In this document: one piece after another, positions 42,789-55,206 of the stretch | How positions within the stretch are numbered: the first letter of the stretch is position 1 | Layout: each line of letters opens with the position of its first letter | From: the human T2T-CHM13v2.0 reference genome, Homo sapiens | NCBI RefSeq assembly: GCF_009914755.1 | Contig: NC_060928.1 | Strand: one strand, 5' to 3' | Length of the DNA stretch: 64,000 bases | Notes under the pieces: model-generated | What the model was told of the DNA's origin: nothing | Seen by the model: the letters and a program-made list of their open reading frames with translations, nothing else | The model's database searches: none | Translations under genes and position numbers: made by a program

Positions 42789-43357
42789 ACGAGAGTCCAC
42801 ATTTCTCTGCCTGCTTCCTGCTCAGGCAATGGTAACACTAATGTTTTTGATCTAAGCTCTGAACATGAAAAGCCATTTAGCCTGAGTTTTAACTTCTCAG
42901 ATCTGGGGATGCCACCCAGCTCAGACTGAGCTCAGGCCCCCAGGGGTTTGGGTTGGGAGCCAAGGGGAAAATCTAGCTTTGTTTCTGCTTGCTACAACCC
43001 TCATTTCTCCTAAGGTCCTGTAACATTTGTTAAATAAACTGGGAACTTGATCTAGTATTTTAGTGGAGGAAGGGTGTAGTTTCTTCTAGTCTGTGACCTA
43101 TAGAAATGCCATAGAATCATTATTTATCAATGAAAAAGGAATGTCTGTCAAGGGAAATTAATTGAACTCAGTCCTTTCGAGGCCAGTTCTAGAGCACATG
43201 TCAGTGTGATGATTCACAGGGAAAACCGGCCTCTCTCCAAGCCTTGTGACAACGCTGTTTCTACCCTTGTCACCCTCTGCCATTATCTGTTTTGTCTACA
43301 GCAGTCAGAGGGATTTAAAGCATGACCTGGCACTCTCCTTTTAACACCCCTGTCCAC

Positions 43358-43446
43358 TAAAAGCCTTATAGACAGCAAAGAAAACAATCAACAGAGTGAA
43401 GAGAAAACCTACAAAATGGGAGAAAAGATTTGCAAACCATATTTGA
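43358..43446 (+). mobile_element. Short internal L1 ORF2 fragment
   Basis: acagcaaagaaaacaatcaacagagtgaagag...aatgggagaaaa...tttgcaaaccatat. Confidence 0.75.
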
Positions 43447-44265
43447 ATCCCCTCAAGCCCCATGCCCCCCCACCAGCCCCTTGGCCCCTCAAGCGGCAGC
43501 CACATCCTTGCCCCTGCCTTGGGCTGCTGCAGACATCCCTGTCACCTCTCAGATTCTTGCTGTCTGTCCTAGAGGGAGACCCATTGGCTCAAATCAACAA
43601 GCTCCCTGCCCTCTGACCTCTAGGCGGCTTCAGCAGAAATCAGAAATCAGAGGTCAGAAATCAGAAGGCAAAAGAAAGAGAATGAGGCCAGGGGTTGGTT
43701 TCTTGGTTCACTTTCTACAGAGACATTTTGCCTGGCTTTGTCCCTCTATCAAAGGTTGCAGCTCCTGATAGGTGGCGTACCCACCCTACATGCCCTCGGC
43801 TGCCCTGAATTAATCTGCCTTCGAGCTGCTCAGGTTCACTGTGTCCCTCTTTCCCAAAGGTTTTTCTTTCAGCAGCTTCTTTTGCCTGACATGCTCTTCC
43901 CAGACAGCTGGGCTCACCTGGAGCCTGACCACAATATTTAAAATGGCAACTGCCCCCGTCTCTCCATTCCCCTTTCTCTGCTCTACTGTTTTCTCATAAC
44001 ATCCTTCACCTTCTAAAACACTGTGTGGGGTACTCCCTTGTTACACTGTCTGTGACCCCATGAGGAGCTCTCCTTCTCCACAGCAGAGACCTTTGTCTGT
44101 TTTGTCCACTGGCACAGAGCAGGGGCCCAAGTGAGCACTTGCTGAGTGCTGGAGGAAGAAGCATCCTGGCCTTGGGCTCGTCTTCTAGTCTTTGAGAGGT
44201 AGCAGGGCAGCTTCGGCATTTTCCATGTCTGCTTCTCTTCAGGAATATTAATAACAAGAGTAACT

Positions 44266-44692
44266 GCGTGAGTTTCCCAGGGCTGCCGTGATAAGGTCCC
44301 ACAGACAGAGCGGCTTCAGCAATAGAAACGTGTTGTCTCACAGTTCTGGAGGCTGGAAGTCCAAGATCAAAGTGTCTGCAGGGCCCTGCCTCTGGAGGCG
44401 CCAGGGAAGAGTCTGTTGCAGGGCCCTCTCCTGGCTTCTAGTGTGTTTTGGCTTTCAGCAGCACAATTCTAATTTTTAGAGGGCGTTCTGCCTGTGTGTA
44501 TGCCTGCATCTAAATTTTCCCTTTTCATAAGGACAGTCGTATTGGATTAGGGGCCCACCCTATTCCAGTATAACCGTATCTTACCTTAACTAATTACAAC
44601 TGCAATGATCCTATTTCCAATTCAAGTCACATTCCGAGGTACTAGGGACTTCAACACATGCATTTTGAGGAGGTGCAATTCAACCCATAACA
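44266..44692 (-). mobile_element. MLT1-family LTR
   Basis: cacagttctggaggctggaagtccaagatcaa...ggattagggcccaccct...attcaacccataaca. Confidence 0.85.
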
Positions 44693-45519
44693 ATAGTGAA
44701 CATTTATTGAGTATGTTCTCTATGCCAAGCACTGTGAATTACAGTATGATTCCCATGACAATACCTGCTGAGGCTTAGATCTGTTATTATTGCCACTTTC
44801 ACTAAGAGAAAAATGGGTATCAGAGAGGTTAAGTGACTAGCTCAAGGTCACCCAGCTAGCAGCTGCGGGGCCAGTATGAAACAGAGCCCAGATGATCTAT
44901 CACCCTGCTTTCTCCCTTTTACCACGTTCTGCTCTCACACGGGCTGGATCCAGTGTCCTGAGTTCCAGCAGTAAACTCTGAGGCCTTTGATTCTGAAATT
45001 GTCGAATTTATTGGGAAGCAATGGAGACTACAGGCAACAGAAACCATAAGGATTTTTTTTTTTTTTACTACAAGTCAAGAGCATATTCCATTCTTGCTAA
45101 TTATGAAAATGTACTGCAGTGAATCAGAATGACTTCCTGTGAATTCTGACCCCTGATTTGTAAAAGCACAGAGTCTGTGCTTCTCAAGAGTGAGCCCTCA
45201 CCCCACAAAGCTCCTGCCCCACATGGCCTGAATGACGCTCACTGGAAGTTCACTCATCAGAGAGTTAACACTGTGCCAGGCAAATCAATTTGGAAAACCA
45301 GCTGTTTCTGAAAGATGGCGATTATTTACAGTTCCCCAAGCTGATGACTGACGCCCTGAGCCAAAATTAATTGCAGATCAAATGAGCAAAGATGTCTTTC
45401 CCCTCTCAACTTTATTAGCCTCCTGAGCCATTTTAATAGACTGTCAAAATCTCATAAGAGGAATGAAAAAAATTGGAAAGTCTTTTTGGATAAGCAATCA
45501 CTTCAAAGGGCTGGATGAA

Positions 45520-45822
45520 ATATATAGACATATATTTGTGTGTTTATTACATATGTAACTGTATATATATAAATATATTTATTGCCTTCTTTTCAAATAT
45601 ATTTCAAGATATATAATATATTTTGTATATTATATAAATATATAAAATATATTTTATATATTATAAATTTTATATATTTATATATTTTATATCAATAAAT
45701 ATATAAAATATATCTACATATTTTATTTCCTTGTTTTCAAATACATAATATATAAACATTATAATATATTATGCATATTATATATATAACCTATATAAAT
45801 ATGATATTTTTATATATACATA
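45520..45822. repeat. AT-rich (TA)n low-complexity tract
   Basis: About 300 bp almost entirely A/T. Confidence 0.88.
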
Positions 45823-45926
45823 ACTTTGGAAAGTGCAAGGAACTTACCTTATATTGATGCTCTGTGAGGAACAGGGGAGTGGCTTTCACACACTTTGGAT
45901 TTTGTTTCCATAATTCTGTCAGATGC

Positions 45927-46419
45927 TGTATTAGTTTCCTATTGCTGCTGTAGCGAGTTACCACAGACTCAGTGGCTTAAAACAACCCAGGTGGATTATC
46001 TTATAGTTTTGGAAATCAGAAGTCTAGAATAGATCTTGCAGTGCAAACACGATGGTGTCTGCAGGGCTGGTTCCTTCTGGAGGCTCCAGGGCAGAATCTT
46101 GCCTGCTGCAGCTTCTAGAGAACATCTGCATTCCTGGGCGTGTGACCCCTTCCTCACCTTCAAAGCTGGCAATGGCGTCACTCCTGCCTCTGCTTCCACC
46201 ATCACATCTCCTTCTCTGACTCTGACCCTCCTGCCTCCCCCTTTCACTTACAAGGACCCTGTGATAATATTGGGCTCACCTGGGTAATCCAGGGTTAGCT
46301 CCCTATCTCAAGATTAGTCCCACCTGCAACATTCCTTTGTGCCATGTAAGGTAATATATTCCCAGCTTCTGGGAATCATGGTGTGGACATCTTGGGGAGC
46401 CATTGTTTTGCCTACCACA
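45927..46419 (-). mobile_element. MLT1C/D-like LTR
   Basis: tgtattagtttcctattgctgctgt...agtggcttaaaacaac...ttttgcctaccaca. Confidence 0.87.
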
Positions 46420-49400
46420 GGTGGGAATGGTTATGTCCATTTTACAGATGAGCAAATAAATTCAGATGTGTTGGGCAATGTTCCCAAGACCACTTAGCTG
46501 GTAAATGGGTGATCAGGATTTGAATTCAGAGTAGCCTCATCCTAAAGCCAAAGCTGTTTCTCCCCAGAACATTTTTCTATTCCACACTCTCAACCTCATG
46601 CTGAATTTAGTTTCATGCCTTTCCAGGAATTGGGGTCAATGCTACCATTTTAAGGACTGTTTCCAATGGACTATTCTGCATCCATCCTTGCATCTCCAGC
46701 TCTTTGAGAAGATGAAAGGGGGACAGACTACCCAATGCACTTCACTTCACCTAACTTCTGCTGGCCCTTCAGCTCTCAGGTTCCTGGTCCCTGTCTCCAG
46801 GAATCCCTCCCAGAACCCCTTATTTGAGAGGGAAGCTCGTCTCAGTGTTGCATGTGGTAATTGTTTCCAGGTTTGCTTTTCTCTCTAGATCACGGCAACG
46901 TCACCTGTGACAGCTGGCACAGTATGAGTGCACCTTAGGTGTCTGTGGAATGGATGAATGCATGCCTGCATGAAAGAATCCACCACCCAAGCTCTGAATC
47001 ATCACTTCCTGCTCAGAGGAACCTCCCACACAGAGATTCCTGCACCTCTAGAACAGCAAAACATCATTTATCCTTGGGTCATAGTCAACCTCCTCCATTG
47101 GACTGTGAGCTCCTACAGGCAGGCACCATGGCAAAGGCCCTCTGTAAGCCCAGCACAGGGCCAACAGCCTGACCATGGGAGGAGCTGGCAAGAGCTTGCT
47201 AAATGGCGGGGTACCAACTGGCCATGGTCCAGATGACTGAGATCCACTGGGTCCAAACTTAAAGGCAGTGGCAGGAGTGCTCTCCAGAGGCTGAGACTCT
47301 GAGTTCTGATTTTAGAAAGGACTCTTCCTTCCCTTCCAGGACTGTGAAGTCATTTACCCTCCTTTCTGGGGTTTCCAAGGAATACTTTGCCCAAAATTGT
47401 CAGCTTTTAAGGAAGATGATCTGCCTGCCAGAGCATCGGGATGAGAAGGAGTGGCTTCTGGAGTCTGGAATGAATAAGAATGGCTTCCCGTGAAGTCTTC
47501 TTGGACCAAGGGAAGAAGTGTAGCCACTTCCTCAGTGTGCCCCTCTTTCAAACAATGGCAGTCATTGGACTTTCAGGCATGATGTGAGCATTCATGAGGT
47601 CCCATGTAGAACACTTTGGGGTGTCGGTGGCAGGGACAGTAGGGGCCCCATGATGTTCTCTTTCCCCACTCTCTTGGGTTCTGAGCCAGCTGACTGTGTG
47701 ACCCAGAGTAAGTCACTCCTTTTGGTCTTAGTTTCCTCAACTGTCAAAAGATAGCAAGACCCCCTGTAAAATCCTGCTCTCCACAAGGATGTCCATCGTA
47801 GCCTTATGTAAAATCACACATTATGGAAATCTACCTAAATAGGACAAGAATAGTTACCACTTACTGGGTGTATACCATTTGCCAGCCACTGCTGGAATCA
47901 CTTAATGTATATTCATTGGTACAATCCTCAGCCCATCCCTATGAAGCAGGGATGATGGCTTTTAGAAGTGGGGAAACTGAGTCACAGAGATGCTGAATAA
48001 CTTACTTGGGGGTCACGCGGCTAATAAAAAGACACAGAGCTGGGACTGGAACCCAGAAAGCATGGCACTGCCATCAGGTTCCGAGCAGAGACATTCAACA
48101 ACCTCACCCGCAGACAATGGTTAAGGAAATTATCATACAGAAAATTACTGGAGAAGGATAAATCGTTCAGCACTAGTGTTAATTCAGGGAAGGTGATGAT
48201 CTACATGATTTTCTGCATATATGATACACTTCAACAAAAAAATAATAAATAAGAAAATGGAGAGTCATTCTGACATAAGATTATGTGAACAAAAGCAGAT
48301 CAGAGCTCGTATTTAGAATAGGATTACTGTGCTACTATGTAAGAAATATACATCTATGCATAGAAAGACAAGGGAAGAATTTGCCAAACTTCCTTGGGTA
48401 GTATGATTGTAGGTAATTTCTTCTTTGTTCCTCTCTATTTTTCCGAATTTTACAAATTTGCCCTAATGAGCTGGTATTGATTTCTTCACAACACCAATAA
48501 AATACTTTACAAAAAACAAAAAACATCTCCCGTACTTCCCCCATAAGTTTCATCTCAGACTGTGTTTTTCCATTGCTCAAAGTAAAAATAAATAAACAAA
48601 ACTGGGTGCAGTCTATAACTTGAGAATAACAAGAATGAATCTTGTGAAACTTCCAGAATGTGAAACGTTGAAATGTTTTCTTCTAATAAAAAGACCACAA
48701 AGTGGAAAGGGAAAGAGACAAAACATCATTCCTCTACATTTTTTATGGTATCTATTTTTTAAAAGCATCTTGTTAGAATGACCCATTAAGTGCAAGGTAC
48801 AAAATGAAATGTTCTGTCAACAAGAAGTCAGAAAGACAATTGCAAGCCTCTGCCTGTTTGCATGGGCATCAATCTTGTCAGTGCAAATCAGTGAGCAAGA
48901 GTGAAAATAAATGAACTACTCCATCAAGGTCAGAGAATATAACTCTCTAATTTTAGCCGTCTCTTTCCATTTGGAAGGGAGCCTAACTGTGTGCTGTGTG
49001 CCCAAAATGTGAGGCACAGACATAGCTACAAAAAAGAAGAGACACAAGCATTTCATAAAGAGGACAACTGAAGCTCAGAGATGTTGAGTGCACTGCTCAG
49101 TGCTACACAGCCAAGAAGTGCCGGAGCCAGGATTCAAATCCAGTTTGATCTGATTCCAAGATCTGGAAATTTCTACTAGGTTCTGAAGCCACCCAACTTT
49201 CCCCTCCACCAGATGTTTGTTTTGCATATTGGAGGTTGAGAAACAGTGAGGAGCTCTATGCCTTCTTTTGAACATATTGGCTTATTATTAAGGTCTTCCT
49301 CTCTATTATACTGGTCAACTGAATGTCCTTTCTCCTTTGCCTTGCAAACTCCCACATGTCTGGGGTAATGAGATGACTGCTAATGGTTTTGAAACATTTT

Positions 49401-49576
49401 AAATGTCATGGTAAGAGATTGGAGATTCAAGCCAATTCTCTGATCCGAACTCCTGGGGACAACATGGCCCTGTTTCACAGGGCATTCATATTTCATCATT
49501 TGTGACTAGGTGAGAATTCAAAGGATGGAGTTATTTATTAAAAGGAAGATGACAGGGAAGCAAAATCTAGGAAGGA

Positions 49577-49643
49577 AATATTCTCTAGATGGGTAAAATG
49601 TCAGTGAAGAATATTCTCTAGATGGGTAAAATGTCAGTGAAGA
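49577..49643. repeat. Perfect 33-bp tandem duplication
   Basis: aatattctctagatgggtaaaatgtcagtgaag twice (49577, 49610). Confidence 0.95.
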
Positions 49644-49746
49644 GCTGCATGATGACCTCCTAAAATCCAGCCCCCTTTGGCATGATAAAGGACATGCTCC
49701 TCTAAAGAGATGCCTGTTTGTTGCCTGAGGTTCCCACATTGCAGTG

Positions 49747-50230
<484 letters not shown>

Positions 50231-50310
50231 TTAAACTCAGAGTCCCAAGGTGGAGAGGCGTGGATGCTCATTTTTCATTTTCATCCCACCTTCTCCCTTT
50301 CTTCATTACT

Positions 50311-50535
50311 TTTTTTCCTTATTTTATTATTTTATTTTTTATTTATATATATATTTTATTATACTTTAAGTTCTAGGGTACATGTGCACAATGTGCAGGT
50401 TAGTTACATATGTATACATGTGCCATGTTGGTGTGCTGCACCCATTAACTCGTCATTTACATTAGGTATATCTCCTAATGCTATCCCTCCCCACTACCCC
50501 CACCCCACAACAGGCCCTGGTGTGTGATGTTCTCC
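50311..50535 (-). mobile_element. L1PA 3' end, sense to SLC2A9
   Basis: ttattatactttaagttctagggtacatgtgcac...gtgtgatgttc; cattact at both flanks (TSD-like). Confidence 0.92.
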
Positions 50536-51408
50536 TGCATTACTGGGAATGTCCAGCTAAAAGACTACACTTCCCAGTTTTCTTGCAGCCAAGTGTGGCA
50601 GCGAGATAAAAACAGTAATGTTGGTGGGGCTTCCGGGAAGTTTCCTTTTTTTAAAAGGAACTTTTCATCAAGGAGGTCTGCTTCCATTTTTGTTTGTCCT
50701 TCCTTCTTTCTGTGTCAGGATGGTGGAGGTGATGGCTGGAGCCTCAGCAGCCTTTTTTGGATTACTAGGTGACTTCAGAACAGCACTGCCATTAACCTCC
50801 ATTGTAACTTTATGAGAACCAGAAAAGGTCGCCACTACACAAAACGCTTTACTGTCATCCACTGAAAAATTGCCATAGTAAATCCACAATGCATACAAGG
50901 TGAAAGATGTTCCCCAGAGTTGGGTAATGCACAACCTGTTTAACTATACATAGAGCCCCTGCCTTGGGATAAAAGCCACTTGTTTAGATGCTGGACCAGG
51001 AAGTTAGAAAGAGTTAGCCTGTGCCCTTACTGACTACACTGGTTCTGTAATTTATTATCCAAACATGAGGACTTTTGAGAGTGTTGATAATTATGCTAGG
51101 ATGACACACTTACATTGAGTGTGTCCTGGGAAAACCAGGATGTGTGGTCTTGGAGTTGCTATACCAGCCCTCGCAACTTATTTCATGTGAGACTGAAAAC
51201 CTTCCATCTTGTTGAGGTCTCTGTTGGGGTACCTGCCACATGAGGTTAGACCTAAATCCTAATTGATGCCCATGGCATCAGACAAGAACTGATTAGGAGT
51301 TTGGAGACCTGGCTCCATCTTGAACTAGCTGTGTGACCTCAGGCAATTCACCCTGCCATGAGGAGATTCCTACTCCTCCCCAGTCAAATGAACATGACCA
51401 TGCTTATT

Positions 51409-51624
51409 TTGCCTGTCCCATGAGGTGTCAGGAACTGGGTGAGAATTGTCACTCTTCAGTATTCACTTTGAGGATTTTAGCCTGGACACAAATGATGTCT
51501 GGGTTCTCCCCATCCCAGCCATTTCTTTAAAACCAAGAGTTTGCTGAATGATAGAAAACCACATTGTCCTAACTGATGAATTCTGATGGGGACACCCCCT
51601 GCATTAAAGGACCTTATGAACATT
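51409..51624 (+). repeat. Direct repeat copy B (~215 bp), intron 7
   Basis: Aligns to 49747-49968; perfect blocks of 29, 35 and 34 bp. Confidence 0.95.
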
Positions 51625-52633
51625 TATGAACAGTTTGATACTTATTCAGCAGAAGTGTTAGAGCACATTGCTCATAACCTGTCAGGTCCAACGTTAGCTG
51701 GCCACACTCTCGCATTTTGCTCTTTGTTTCTGGATGAAGCTCTTGTTTCTATAGATCTGTTTTATTGCCAGATGTTTTTAGCAAAAATTATTCATGCATT
51801 GGGGGGAAGATATAGGACCTACTTATATCTACAGATGGTTAAATTTTGTGAAGAAAGTAAACCTCCATAAAGTTATGGGCATACCAAGAGATGCCAGTGA
51901 AAACTACGACACCCATTTCTTCGAGCTTGCAGGCATGGATACATCCATCTATTGGCAAAAACAGGTTTTAATATTCGTGTAAAACAAGAACCTTCATGTT
52001 CTGCACCTGTTTCTCACTTGAGTGAACGTTAGACTCCATCGTTAGCCTGAACCTTTGCTGTCACATCCATGGTGTACAGAGGTAGTGCCTAATAAATCCA
52101 CTAATTCCTATTGTTCTCAGGGCTGTGACAGAAGCTGACATTATAACATTATCCTGAAAACTCTATGTCCATTGAATATGTTTATACAATTGCTTCCCCT
52201 TTAGAAGGTAACTATGATCCCCAGTGCACCGTCAGGGTTGGATTCCAGAAGTGTAACAGCCTTTCTTAATCATCAGCCAAATTCACTGATTTTCAATGGC
52301 CAACGTTCTCTAGGGACCCTCTTAATGCCCTCAGGCTGCCAGGCTGTCACCCATGTGAAGGTGTCTGACATTTGTGTTATTCACAGCCGTGGTTCTGATC
52401 CCCATGGCCTGACCAGCTCATGGTCCTGAGGCTCCCAGCCCTAGGTCCCACTTAATGTGAATCCTCTTATGATGTGGCCAGCACCTCCTTCTGGCTCCTC
52501 TCACCCCTCACAACCCCGTCTTCCCTGGTTTCAATTCTCCCCATAGAGACACTGCTATAGATGTCCCTTAGTAGGTTAGTGAAGAGAGTCATTGTACATA
52601 AAATTCTAAGTTCAGTGAGGGACAGTTATAACT

Positions 52634-52962
52634 TTTGCAGGGAAATTGATGAAGCTGGAAACCATCATTCTCAGCAAACTAACATAAGAACAGAAAACCA
52701 AACACCACATGTTCTCACTCATAAGTGGAAGTTGAACAATGAGAATACATGGAAACAGAGAGGGGAACATCATACACCAGGGCCTGTTGGGGTGTGGGGG
52801 GGCTAGAGGAGGGATGGCATTAGGAGAAATATCCAATGCAGATGACAGGTTGATGGGTGCAGCAAACCATCATGGCACGTGTATACCTATGTAACAAACC
52901 TGCACATTCTCCACAGGTATCCCAGAACTTAAAGTATAATAATAATAATAATAAAGCAATAA
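52634..52962 (+). mobile_element. L1PA 3' fragment with (AAT)n tail
   Basis: gatgaagctggaaaccatcattctcagcaaact...cagaacttaaagtataataat. Confidence 0.92.
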
Positions 52963-53670
52963 AAGCCATATTTAGTCTTATATTCATTCATGCACCAAAA
53001 GGCAGAAATCAGTCCACAGATCCTCTCCCGCTGCCCAGGGGCTACAGGGGTCCTGCCGGGCTGGCCCTGTCTGCCCCGGGGCAGACCTGTACATCACACA
53101 CACTGCCAGTCTTAATCTGTTTGTGACACGAAGCCACTGCCCTCCCCCTACATCAGCTGACAGAGTGGGAAGGTGACTGCCTTCAGCTTTACCTCTGCTC
53201 ACACTGAAGCTTATTTGATTGGACAGTTTGAGTTCACTGTAAAATAAGAAAGCACTCAGGAAACTTAAGAGTGCATCCTGCCCCGGAGCCCCGCCAGCCC
53301 CCACGGTGTGTGCTTTGTGTTGACCTTGTTCACCACACAACTCTGTTCTCGCAGGTTGCCCCTAGCCTCCCCGTGCAGCGTGGCAGGAGCAGCAGTTCTG
53401 GAGGCATAGAGTGGGGATTCTAGCCCCAGCACTGTCTCTCATGACCTGCGTGACCGCAGGCAAGCGATTTTGCATCTCGGAATCTCTGTTCTCCAAAGAA
53501 AGGTAATAATACTTCGTCTTTCAGGGTTCTTGTAAAAATTTTAATGATGATAAAAGAAATCATCCAGGACAGCACCTGTTATAATTGGCATATAACAAAT
53601 TGTAGGTATCATTCTAGAAGGTTCTGTCTCTCCATGGAGATGTGATTGCTTCTTGGTTAAGAAGAGCATC

Positions 53671-54101
53671 TGGAACCAACCCAAATGTCCAACAATGATA
53701 GACTGGATGAAGAAAATGTGGCACATATACACCATGGAATACTATGCAGCCATAAAAAATAATGAGTTCATGTCCTTTGTAGGGACATGGATGAAGCTGG
53801 AAACCATCATTCTCAGCAAACTATCGCAAGGACAAAAAACCAAACACCGCATATTCTCACTCATAGGTGGGAATTGAACAATAAGAACACATGGACACAG
53901 GAAGGGGAATATCACACACCAGTGACTGTTCTGGGGTGGGGGGAGCGGGGAGGGAGAGCATTAGGAGATATACCTAATGTTAAATGACAAGTTAATGGGT
54001 GCAGCACACCAACATGGCACATGTATACATATGTAACAAACCTGCACGTTGTGCACATGTACCCTAAAACTTAAAGTATAATAATAATAAAAAAAAAAGA
54101 A
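53671..54101 (+). mobile_element. Young L1PA 3' fragment with intact TSD
   Basis: ORF2 end WNQPKCPTMIDWMKKMWHIYTMEYYAAIK...LIGGN. TSD aagaagagcatctg at 53659-53672 and 54102-54115, at a TT/AAGA endonuclease site. Confidence 0.95.
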
Positions 54102-54503
54102 AAGAAGAGCATCTGACAGTGGCACATATGCCATGCTAGGAATGCACCTCTGGGTCTCTTTTCAGCCTCCTTCTTGTGGGATGGGGCTTTGAAGAACTGT
54201 GCAGCTGGCAGGTGTGGGGGTAAGGGCAGCAGGAAAGAATTTGGGTCTTCTCAAGTCCCTGCCCTTAATGCCCTGAAGCTCTCATTCTTAACTCACGTCA
54301 TAGTGTTTTAGAGACAAAGTGTAACATACATAATCATTTTTGCCCCCTCCACAGTTGGGCATGCCTAAGGATGCCCAACATGTCTAAGAAAGCAGCATGT
54401 CTAAGGATCAGTCAAGGGTCCATAAGAGTAAACATCCCATTTACTTTTGCCTAGAACAAGGTGATACTGACAAAGAGTATGGGTTTAATTTATGCTTTCT
54501 GGA

Positions 54504-55049
54504 TGTGGTGAGCAGAACAACAGCCCCCCGCTCTCAAAATGTTCACATGCTAATCCTGGGAACCCCAGAACATCTTACTTTACATGGCCAAAGGGACTTT
54601 GCAGATATGTTAAGTTCAGAATCTTGACATGGGGAAGTTATCCTGGATTATCTGGGTGAGCTGTAAATGTAATCACCAGGGTCCTTAAAGAGGGAGTCAG
54701 GAGGATCAGATTCAGAGAGAAGACGTAAGGATGGAAGCAGAGGTCAGAGAGGAAGAAATATTTGAAAATGCCATGCTGCTGACTTGCAGATGCAGAAAGG
54801 GGCCACAAGCCGAGAGATGCAGGTGCCATCTAGAAGTTGGGAATGTCAAGGAAGTGGATGATCCCTCTGGAGTCTCCAGAAGGAATGTGGCCTTGCCAAC
54901 ACCTTGATTTTAGGACTTCTGGCCTCCAGAATTGTAAGATAATAAATTGGTGTGGTTTTAAGCCACCATGTGGGTGGGGCTCCTTCAACAAAATAATAGC
55001 TAAGCTATTGCAGTAATTTGCTACAGAAGCAATAGAAAACTAATATATA
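54504..55049 (+). mobile_element. MLT1D-like LTR
   Basis: tgtggt...catggccaaagggactttgcagat...ttctggcctccagaattgtaagataataaat...aactaata; TSD CTGGA at 54499-54503 and 55050-55054. Confidence 0.9.
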
Positions 55050-55088
55050 CTGGATAAAGATATAATTAATATATTTTATGCATTTCCT

Positions 55089-55162
<74 letters not shown>

Positions 55163-55206
55163 GAGAGAAACAGATAGAGAGAGATAAAGAGAGAAACAGA
55201 GAGAGT
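55089..55206. repeat. Compound (TG)n(AG)n microsatellite
   Basis: Direct read. Confidence 0.93.

Noticed and set aside
51628-51655. cagtttgatacttattcagcagaag resembling the exon 8 donor region, suggesting a decayed duplicate exon beside copy B
   Set aside because: Needs several gaps over ~20 bp and no coding similarity follows; consistent with chance.
54354-54379. gttgggcat...atgcccaac small hairpin
   Set aside because: 9-bp arms are too short to distinguish from chance and too small for a pre-miRNA.
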